From: Lepidodermella squamata
Taxonomy: Eukaryota > Animalia > Gastrotricha
Assembly: GCA_047495785.1 (NCBI GenBank)
Contig: JBLDXI010000054.1
Coordinates: forward strand, 682,001-746,000
Direction of reading: 5' to 3'
DNA: 64,000 nt
Below, in pieces: positions 44,919 through 55,433 of the stretch. Within the stretch, counting starts at the first letter, position 1, and the number at the start of each line of letters is the position of its first letter. The notes under the pieces were generated by a model that had not been told where the DNA came from, did not search any database, and saw nothing but the letters and a program-made list of their open reading frames with translations. A program made the position numbers and the translations under genes.

Positions 44919-46919
44919 TCAGATTACAGATTTTAAAGCGCTCGTGGCACATCGGCACTGTACTAGGGGCTGTCCGGCTGCGTATCTCTCAGCGGGTGTG
45001 ATAGTCGTCAGCCTGGACGAGGTTTCCGGAGCGAAAACGACACAGAACACCAGCTCAAAAGCAGCCACAGCGGCGAAGACGATGAATGACAAGTGGCCGA
45101 TAGAGGCTTGCGTTGCCGAGAATAGAAAGCTGCAGGCAATGTTTGATGCCCACAAACAAAACATGACGCAGCTCATCGCAACAGGCCTTGCATCCTGGCC
45201 GAATAACTCTGCAGCGTAGAGTATCGGTACAGGCCCAGCGCCGAATGTGAAGCAAAACTGGAATGTAGCGAAGCCAACAATGCTTGCTTGAATATTCTGG
45301 AATAAAATTCAAGAGATTTTCAGACGGAATTATGTACAACTCACGTTTAACGAAAGAACAACAACAAGTAAGACTAGAGACATTGTAATTCCAGTCATGG
45401 ATATAATCATTGTGAGCCTGCGTCCCAGTCTATCCACGACCACGCTATTAGCTAATGCCCCGAGAAGATTCGAAACGCTCACGCCAAGGTTGGCTAGACC
45501 TGCCATATCGCTTGAGAGCCCCACTGAGTTCAACACATTTGTCGCGTAGAAATACACGGCCGACATCCCGGTGAGCTGAGCGCTAACTCTGGTCACTACA
45601 ACTAGAACGAGCGGCCACCAGATGGCTCGGTTTTTGACGATAGATGCCATCGAAACGAGTTCAACGCTAGCTTCCTCAGCCGCCATAATCTTCATCGCAG
45701 CAATTTGTGCTGAGATCTCGGGTTCGGATAGTCCCTGCAATTTCCGCAAAGCTGCAATTGGAAGATGTTGAAGGTTCAGCGTTAAAACTTCTTCGGGGCA
45801 TTGCGCGAAGTAGGATCCTCGAATGAGGAGGTATTTTTGGGCCCCAATTTTATGATTAAAGAGTTTCCCCTGTGGTTTTTTGGGTGTTAAACTTGGGGGA
45901 CGATACCCCTCATTCCCTTCCCTGTACTTCGCGCCCTGTTTCGGTGTCGATTTGTTATGAAATGGATGAGTCATTTCTTTGTGAATTTGGTTCCGATTAT
46001 ACCAAAAATGAGGACCTGCATAACAGTTAAAAATCCTATACCTTCTTCCGCTGCCTTTTCGTTACCTTGATCCACAAGATACCGCGGGCTTTCCACGACA
46101 AAAAGTAGAAGGATTATTTGGATTACATCCAAGACTAGTTCGAATACTTTGAAAGGTCATTATTATGAAACGATTCCAGGCAAGCATCTCAGTAATCTTA
46201 CGAAAAAGGTATTGCCAAATGTATTGCCGGCCAAGTAAAAATCCCAGGCCGAGCAGGCTTGCCGTTATAGGCCCAGTTGAATTGCCGTAGCCGAACAAAC
46301 AACCGAAGAAGCCTCGTTTCTGCGCTGGAGCATGTTCGATCGCTAGCGATGGCGCTATCGACATGGACAGTCCAGCCTGAATTCCGACAATCGTACGGCC
46401 GAGGAATAGCGGAATGGAGCTGTTTGTCCAGGGTGTAACAAACAGGATAGCAGAACCCACGACGCCAATGGCAGCGCACAACATCAGAGCTTTCTTTCTG
46501 AAAAACGGAGGGTTTTACATCAAAATGAAAAGCGAGTGTGATTTCATTACTTTCCCATGATAGAGCATATTTTGACTGGAAACCAAGTTGATCCTATCAG
46601 GCCGCCTATGAGGTACAGAGTAACGATGACCGACCACTGGGTACGCAAATCATATTGAGAGATCCATCGTCCATTTTCCTTATATGTCTCGTTTACATAA
46701 GTTGTGATGACTGCGTACGGCGTGTTCAGAACTCCTAATACAAAGTATTATGCTATAATTGCAGAGATAAATTCAGAGAAAATTCCTACCCAAGTTGAAA
46801 CCATATAGAAAAGAGCTACCCATGCTGATGGTTATATTGCAAAATACGAGATACCAAGTCCACTGATTTTGACGCGAGTCATAGATAACAGCAGTGTCTT
46901 GCTTTTGACAGCAACCCAT
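44919..46919 (-). CDS. Facilitated sugar transporter, GLUT/SLC2A-like (MFS sugar porter), 6 exons
   Basis: Spliced product has GSSFLYGFNLGVLNTP, GRTIVG, EHAPAQKRG, ESPRYL, AQLTGMSAVYFY, DRLGRR, GAGPVP, AELF and PET. All five introns are GT-AG and in frame. Confidence 0.92.
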
Positions 46920-47249
46920 CGTGATGGCCGATAATAGTTGTATTAATCTTCTGTAAAATTTCAAACTCTAAAATTTTATCGTTTAATTTGTTGAGACGCT
47001 AGTTATACTCAATTATTTATCTCTACTCGAAATAATTGCGAAGAGCAATTGCAAATGAATTTGCGAAAATTTGCCATTCTCCTGCAGCGGCTGGCTCTTT
47101 CGGGAAAAATTGAACAAATTAAAAAAAAAATTAGTTCATCAATTGAGAATTATTGAGAAACCAGCCATGTATTCATTTTTTTCCGAAAGAGCCAGCCGCG
47201 GTGGAATGACAATTTTGCGAAAAATAACCAATTATAAACCTATTTAGCA

Positions 47250-47898
47250 CAGTGGTCCTCAAACCGTGTTTTTCCGGCCGCATGCGGCCGGCGAGACTCA
47301 CTTTGGCGGCTGGCAGAGATCCACCAATCTCTTGCATGGCGTACGGCCGGACGGCTCTTTCGAGGGAAATAATCCAAGGTTTCAAATAATTTGTTCACAT
47401 TTTCCAGCAAAATTCGACGTATCCTAATGATGAATAACCACAATTTTCTTAAAAGTTTCTCGCTTCGCTCGCTGAATATCTTTCAAATCTTTATTTTATT
47501 GAGTTTTTAGCATTGAATATAACAACCAACGCCTCGAGAAACACTCAGAGCCCATTTTTAGCGCCTTTTAGCCCATTTTCAAAAATAATTATGGAGAAAT
47601 ATTTTCAGCTAAAGCTCCGCTCGCAAAGGTTAATTATTGCATGGGTTTGGAGTTTGCAGGCCAAATATTAATTGGCCAAAATCTTACATAAAATGTCTTC
47701 CACTTCAGTTGAATGAACAATCAGGTTTCGCGTAAAAAGTCAAGAACCACTACTCAAACCGCAATGACAATTAAATAACAATCCGCGAAAACTTCAATTC
47801 TCGATTATAGAGGCGTGCAGCCGGTTGAGGGGTCAAGAGACAATGCGGCCGGAAAAGTTGCCAGCCGGCCGCAATTTTTGACCGTTTGAGAACCACTG
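47250..47898. mobile_element. hAT (Charlie-like) non-autonomous element
   Basis: TIRs CAGTGGTCCTCAAAC / GTTTGAGAACCACTG; 8-bp TSD ATTTAGCA / ATTTAGCG (7 of 8 match); subterminal GCGGCCG motifs at both ends. Confidence 0.88.
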
Positions 47899-49519
47899 AT
47901 TTAGCGAGTTTTGAAATATTATCCACAGGTTTGCCTGGTATCTTAAGATACAGGACTGCCTCTCGTATATAAGAGCAAAAATCTAACCTTGCCGTTTTTG
48001 AGCTATCGATGAAAAGGATGTAACCTTAGTTTTTGGCCAATTAACGCCAAAGGTTCATTTTGCCCAAAACGGCAGCAACAAATAACGTGCAAGAACTTTT
48101 ATAACACCACTAACGTGGCAAGAATTTCGGTAATCTAGAACGCACTAGTTGACGCAGCCTTAAGTAGGGGATAAATTTAACATAATATCATCAGCCGGGC
48201 ACAGGAATTATCTGTATCAAGCTTCAGAATGCCTAAGTCGTTAAATAAAAAATCTGTGCGCACCTTTTATATTTCAACGTTAAGGATTAAAGCCATTAGC
48301 CAAATGCATATTAGCACAGTCGACGTTAGGCTTTTTAAACTCTTGGAATATTTTACACAATTTTGTATTTGCATGTATTCGTATTTATGTACAGTGTGTC
48401 TAACATTGTTTGCAACATTATAAATTGCTGCCATTCGCTCATTTTGGCGAATTTTTTCTTGTTTGACCATGATTTCGAAAGCTCTAATTGATAGTAAGTT
48501 TATGTGGTTGAAAAGACTTTTGACGTAGCTTGCAAAATGCCGATGCTGTGATAGAAAGAAGAAAATAAATTGATATTAAAAATTGGCTTCAGAATTCCCG
48601 ACGATTACCGACGAAGACTGCATTTATAGTAGATTTATCTATCAAAATTTGCTTGGGGGCAAGCAGGTACACACTAAGATAGCAAGAACAATTGTAAGTC
48701 TCATTATTTTGAAGAAAATGAAGAAGTCACACGGAATTTAAGAATTTGAGGAAATTAAGAGAATAAAAACTTGACGAGGGAAACTGACACTACGATAACG
48801 AAGAGAACTTTCACCTACTGAACAAATATTACCGACAATTCTTACTTCGCCCCTGGAAGATGATAGAGAATTAAGAAAATTCCAAATTAGGTACACATTG
48901 TAATTATGAATGAAGAGAATGAAGTGACTTATTGACTACAACGACACTACACTCGCTAACAGTAAAATAAAAACTACTTAACGGGAACATTGCTTATTTG
49001 CATTTAACGCGGAATGGTAGAATATTTTCATTTTATACCTACTGCTTCGGTCCGTGCATCTTTGAGTAGAACATATGATAAAACTAAAGCTTTATCTATT
49101 TATTTTATTTATCCGTTATTTATCCACGCATACAATCACGCATCCATTCACGGATTAAAACTTAGTGCCCCGTTATTTTATAATTTAGACCTGAATATAG
49201 CAGAGATTTTGCCTTGTGTTGTTGGCCGCAATGATTTCGCTGCGCGCGCGAGGAAGGCTGCAATTATTTGTTGCGCAATAAATGCGAGCGAGGCGCATTT
49301 ACGCGTAAAACGCGCCAACCAATAGGAGCGCGCGCGCGAAGGAAACACCCGCGGGCCGGAAAATGTGCAAAAAAGTCAGCAAATAGAGGACAATCGAATT
49401 AGAATCTCAATGGGCCTGATTATCGGTACATGGTACACTTAATCTGCACGTTTACATTTTTATATAGGACAATTTTCTACTATTAATTTTATTGTGTAAA
49501 AAATAACGTTTCCAGTCAA

Positions 49520-52275
49520 TTAGCACATGATGACGAAATATGCGTACAAATTAGTTGCTAGGAACAGCGCAATCGAAAACAGAAGAGCAGACAGGTCCAT
49601 AGCTCGCACCAGGCTCATGTCCCGTAACAAGCAGATAAATGGCTCAGGAATCTCCTCCGAAGCGATTTCATCTTCGTGAGCCCAAGCTAACGCAAAACAA
49701 TCGTAGACCGTTATCAACGCCGTAATGCAACTCAGCATGAAAATGTACTGCCCCAGTAGAATCGGCTCAGACGATTTCGGGACACTAGCAGCCGCATTCG
49801 ATTGTGCGACTGTTAGCGAGAGCATAACCGTTGCGCAGAAAGCCGTTCGATTTGCATCGCCAGGGAGTAGAATGAAAGAAGCGTAAACAAGACCCATTAA
49901 GATGAAGCATGGCGGCAACAGATTCAAAAGGTAGTACGCAGGATTACGATCTAATCTAAGCTTGATGGCGAAGTAGCTTGAAGACGTGTTCTGCCGCATC
50001 ACAGATGGAGTGAGTCCAAGCTGCGACTTGGCCCCGGAAACCCACCACATATCACTTTCCAGGTTTTCGCGGCCTTTCAACATAACTCCCGCAAATTTTT
50101 GAAACTCGGGAGGCTGTTCAATCAGGAAGAACACGTCACACAACTGCGAGTCGAAAGGAAATTTTCGGAGACACAATTTGCAGTCAGTTTGTATCACACC
50201 AAAGCGGACCCAGTGAAAATAAAGAGTTCGATTCGGTCGACTTGGCAGGTAGACAATATCGGTTTTGTCTGAGAATTCCAGACTTGATAGGAATATGTCT
50301 TCGGAGCTGTTGGGGGATATCAAACTCGGCCTCCAAACTCGACTACCATCCGCTGTGAACACGCGTTCTTCATCGCCTGCATTCGGAGCCGTCACGTTAC
50401 TATCACAGCTTCGAACGATCCATTGCAAGCGGAGAGAGGCAAGAATCGACAATTGTTGCTTCATCACGTCTATCCCAATCAATTTTTCAACACTGAATGT
50501 CGCATAAATTTCAGTATGAGGCGCTGGGGCTATCACTTTTGGATCGATGTAGATGCAGGGGAGGAGGTCTTCGAGAATCACTGATGGGTAAATGTTACCG
50601 TTGATCACCTCTGGGATAGGAAACTCTGAACGATAATTGTTCGCGCCGTAGTCTTCAATTCGGCTCACGGTTGAAATGTCCTGCTTTGCCGAGGTACTTC
50701 GTCCTGAAAGGGGTGTTGCTTCGGTAGAAATCACTGCTATATCAGGGGATGCTGAAGTGATTAGGCTGCGTTCTTCACGCTGTCCCATGGTTGAGAATTG
50801 TTGGTTAGCCGAGCCGCCTGTACCAAACGGAGCGAATGTTGGATAGTCTCCCGAAAACCCCATTGAATCTTCGTGGGCTGTGGAACTGACTGATAATGGT
50901 CCCGCCGATGTTATTTCTGAAAGGCTTGGAGTAGAATCAGTAATCGCATTTTCGAAGCTGGCCTCGGTAGATCCTGAAGCTGGAAATTGATATGAGGTCG
51001 TTGAGGATGTTGGTTTTGTTGATGATATCACAAATGATGATGTGAAAAAAGCTGGGCTTGTTGTATCACTTGCTATAGGAGTTACTGTCGAATCAATCCG
51101 AGCGATGAGGGTTGAGGTTGGACCAGTTACGGAATCACTGGAAGTTTCTGAAGCTGAATAAGCTGTTGATATATCTTGAGGAATCGTCGACTCGGCTAAT
51201 GATGCTTTGGATGTGAATGTGTTAGATACGACGCCTATCGACGTCGTAGCTGCTGATGATGACGTCGATGTAGAGGTTGATGTTGATGATGAGGATGATG
51301 TGTAACACCCAGGGCCGCATCCGATTTTAAACATGTAGAACTTGTTTAGCAAAGCATCGCCATCAGCGTTCCCAAGGGCTGTGATGCTAACCTTCACGTT
51401 CCCAGAAGCGATCAAAGCCCGCAATCCAGGAACGTATACGTTACTGAAGCAAGTTCCTGGAGCATTTACGCCACTAGGAGATATTGCAGCCTGAAAAGCA
51501 AATATTAGACGATTGGATCTCCTCAGAGATGGATCTCACCGAGATCGTATCGTTGTAGAATTGCACAACCATTCTGAAGCTCGTACTAGTCCCAGTGAAT
51601 ACGTTTGCACCACAAGCGGAACCTGATGTGGCTGAGGGTGTTCCAGGCATGTTAACACTCGGAGAAGAAGCCATTCCTCCTGGAACCGAGGTAACATAAG
51701 CCAACGAGCCAGGTTTTATTCGCTGAAAGATGGCCAATCCTTTCATAGAATTGAAACCGACACTGCAGCCTGAAACTTGATTTCCTGTATAATGTAAAAT
51801 GATAATGTATTCCTTTCTTCTGGTGGTGAGTTAAGTTACCAAATCCAACCGTTGTAGTGGACAAGAAAATCCCAAACCAAGCATTGTTGGCTGTTGAATC
51901 GTACTTTGACGCGGCGTCATATTCAATTCGAAACTCGGACACGTCAGCTGGGATAGCTTGATTTAGACTAAGTGTTCCCGAGCAGTAGAGCAGTCCTCCA
52001 AGATTCAACCCACCCCCGAGAAGGCTCATTGCTGTTAGCTGATAACCTGAGCCTAAATTCAGTCCCACGCCCAGGGATGTTGAAATTCCGCCCGAATTAG
52101 CAGTCACGCTTGAGTTGACAGTATCGAACGATACTCCTGAGAGATAAGAAGCGTTGTAGAACAACGGAAGGCTCATCAAATTGATATTCGGGGCTGGATC
52201 AGAGGGAGCGGCCATGGTTTCCAGAGATAGGGCTAGCAGGGCGAGTAGCTGAAGCGGCATTTTGAAGTTAGCCAT
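49520..52275 (-). CDS. Cys-loop ligand-gated ion channel subunit with N-terminal L-type-lectin-like domain and Ser/Thr-rich stalk, about 883 aa (exons 51840-52275, 51540-51784, 49520-51490)
   Basis: Signal peptide; two in-frame GT-AG introns (55 and 49 nt). The end of the N-terminal domain, the stalk and the channel lie in one continuous exon. LQW, VWRP, Cys-loop CKLCLRKFPFDSQLC, M1-M4. Confidence 0.85.
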
Positions 52276-52965
52276 GCCCTAGTGTTACTGATTATAGATA
52301 ATCATTCAACTATGACTTGCACTCTTCGATTAGCTGTAAATGCCGGCTGTGAGGTAGGCAATATGTGAATTACTTATGCATAAAATTGATGCGCACTGAG
52401 TGCGCCAGCCGGCGTTTTTAATTGCTGTTGTCACTTTGTAGAACAAAAATGCCTTGAAAACATTCGCAGCCATATATGTTAATGGGACAAATAGCCCCAT
52501 TAAAGCAGCGTTCGATGTTAAAAAAAAACTTTTTTTTATTATCAGCCTGTTGTCCAAGCTTGCTAGGCTTCGAATTATCGAATGCAGCCTGAATTATTGA
52601 TGTTACAAAAACATCCGGCGATAAAGTTCAGTCCGTGCCCCGAGCAAATTGGAACGAGAGACATTTTAAAACCAGACGTCAGTGGTGTTTACTCTGGCAA
52701 TTCCAAGTTGCCGAGACAAAAAACAAGATAGAAATGAATTTTGGCCGCTATTGGCTGCTTAACGTGATATTCAAGAAGGTTCCGGGTTCCGGTATTTCCT
52801 CACTCATCAACCTTACGCGGATCACTGAATACTTCTGATCTGGATCTGAATTTTCCTGTTATTTTTGAAGTTTTTTTATTTTGTATAAGTAATGGAGGCT
52901 CGCTATTTAAAATACGACTGAAACAAGTTGCTTCAACTACTAAGCAATCAATTTCCCGATGTCAA

Positions 52966-54222
52966 TCAATATTTCACGGCTATGCGGGCTGTGCGCTTTT
53001 TAAATTTCGGAATAAATCGAAGCCAATCAAATTTCATCGATGACATCTTTTGAAACAGGCTTTCAATGTGAGATGGAGTGATAGATTGAAGGATGACGTT
53101 AAGGAAAATGCCGGCCATGTAACTGAACACGGCAAACTTCCTAACCCAGGCATCTTCCACAGTCCAAGAGCCAAGTGACCATGCAACCGTGGTGAAGGTT
53201 GAATAGAACCCTGGTAGATATGTCACGATCAGAATTATGAAGCTGGCTATTGACATTTTGACCAAATAAATCTCTTTTCTCTGCCATTCAGCCAAGTTGT
53301 TTCTAGTTTTAGAAGTTGTTGTAGCAGTTCGCGTCCCAAGCGTCGAAGTTCCGTGCGTTCCGCTAGTTACATAACGTGACTTCTTCAAACGATCGATGAC
53401 TTTGAAGGTTTTCCAGTAGTTGAAAACCAGACAGGTAGCACAGCACGGAAAGGAAATGAAGTAGTAGAGCAAGATTAGAAACGATGTGTCGAAATCACCG
53501 TAGAGACTGTAGTCCCAGTTGCCGCAAACTAGAACAGATTGATTGTTATTCACCCCAGCAATGACAACTCGTTGTGTTGTTACACTGTTCCAAGGCCACC
53601 AGACAAAGCTGGACGTAACAATCAGACAAATTATCAGCACGCAACAATTTACGGCAGCTAACTGAAATGGGAAGATCAATTATAAGTAAATGGGCTCTAT
53701 TTTCATTACTAGTACCTTGAAGGTATTCGGCTTGTAGTTGATTTTGTTCGAGGTGATGCAAAGCCGCCTTTCGTAAGAGATCGAAGCTTCAGTGACTAAA
53801 CCGTAGCCGCCAATCGCCCATATGAGCCAGACAGCTATCGTACAGGCTTCTCGGGTGGACTCCCACCAGCCTGTCCGAAGAACGGCCAACAAACCGTAGC
53901 AGTAGCAAAACATGATGATTGCATTTCGAACGTGTATGCAGCATGTTAGCATGAGAAAATCGCGTCGAACGCCTCGACGAACATACAGGTAAATGTTGAC
54001 TATTGATGCGATGATTGCGAGGATTGAAATTAACGTGCAAGCGATTGTCCAACCCAGGCGGTCGTTCACACTCTTCGAAGCAACGTCGTGATAGAAAGAG
54101 ACGTAGTAGGGCTTAGCCCGGCCGTAACCCCTCTCTGGTAAATCAACCTCGAGCCATGCGCCATTGAGTATTTTCGCATACGTCACTGCAGTTTTGTTTT
54201 TAGTATTCAATGAAATATTCAT
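52966..54222 (-). CDS. Orphan class A (rhodopsin-like) GPCR, about 400 aa (exons 53716-54222, 52966-53661)
   Basis: Seven hydrophobic helices; Cys at the top of TM3 (REAC) and in ECL2 (LVC); ISYERR at the DRY position; TM6 SFIILIVTYLP; degenerate NPxxY (LNVILQ); N-terminal glycosylation sites. Confidence 0.75.
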
Positions 54223-55433
54223 CTCAAGCTTGATTCAAAGTTGAAACTGTTCAGCGAATCTGAATTGTGGAAAATGGGTACACGAGGACAGCTCGTGAAT
54301 CTGATGTATCCGAATTATTCAACCGCCCACTTGTTCAATTATTTGCTTCAGGTCTAGAATTTTCTTAACGCGTCAGCATGACTGATCTGTCAGCCATCTG
54401 CACTAAAACCCTACCAATCATAGACTTCCCCTGCTTTCTTTCCTGTCAGTGGTTTTTCAATCAGGGGTCCATGATTTAAGGAAATCCACGTGGTCGTGCG
54501 CGACGTATTTTCTCGGTCAGTGCGTAAGTGCTTCCGTCAAGCAAACAGAGTAAGTCTGCTTTATATTTCAAAATTAATCCAAGGAATGGTTCAATGTCTT
54601 CAACGTTGAAGCCCTTTAAAGCCTTCATTTTATTGTAAAAATCAGCGAGAAACGGGATGAAGGTTGAATTTTCATAAATTGTATCATGCAATTTGGTTAG
54701 AATAGGGGAATCGCACCCAGGGTTCTAGAGGTCCATGCGCATTGCAAGGAACTGAACCTTAAACAAAGTTAACGATGCTGCGTACTTCCTGCAATCGACC
54801 ATGATGTCGCCAGCGGCCAGGCGCCTTTCCAGTTATTGGAATTATTAGTTGATCTTCGATTGTGAAACTGGTTTCAACATCCTGGCTATTATCCCGTTTG
54901 TATAATTTGATTTTTACTTTGACAATCGCAACTTCCCGAGGTGGCGCTGCGGGAGCATCTTCTGTCCAATTTTTAGACTTTGTCTGGTGTTACTATAGGC
55001 CAGCCGAATGGAAATGAGACAAAGGCCTGAGAAGATACAAATTCCTTCGATTCTGTCAGCTTTGCTATTTGCTATCGAATCTTCAATTCATCTTGACATA
55101 AATTACCTCATATGCCATGAAATTACGAGGTCCACGATCGCTCACGATCGCCATCAATTAAATGAAATTCATGAAATAAAGACGCAGCTTGTTACATTTG
55201 AAACTTTGCGGCATTAGAAGGGGGCAATTTCGAGGGAAAGCTTCATGAGTAAACTGCTTGTAACAATATACCTTGTTCCGATGACCAGCAAATGTGTGGG
55301 TCTATTTTCATTCGCAATCATCGTTCAAATACACTTGAGCAGCTGAATTAGCAGCCCGTTTCAACTAATATTAACTAATTAACTAATATGAAACAATAAG
55401 GTGTGTATGTCGTTCGAAACCGAATGATCATGA

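Noticed and set aside
44632-45219. 195-aa plus-strand ORF
   Set aside because: Largely antisense to the last GLUT exon, non-ATG start, no motif.
54476-54691. 71-aa ORF with protein-like composition
   Set aside because: No family motif or splice partners identified; non-ATG start.
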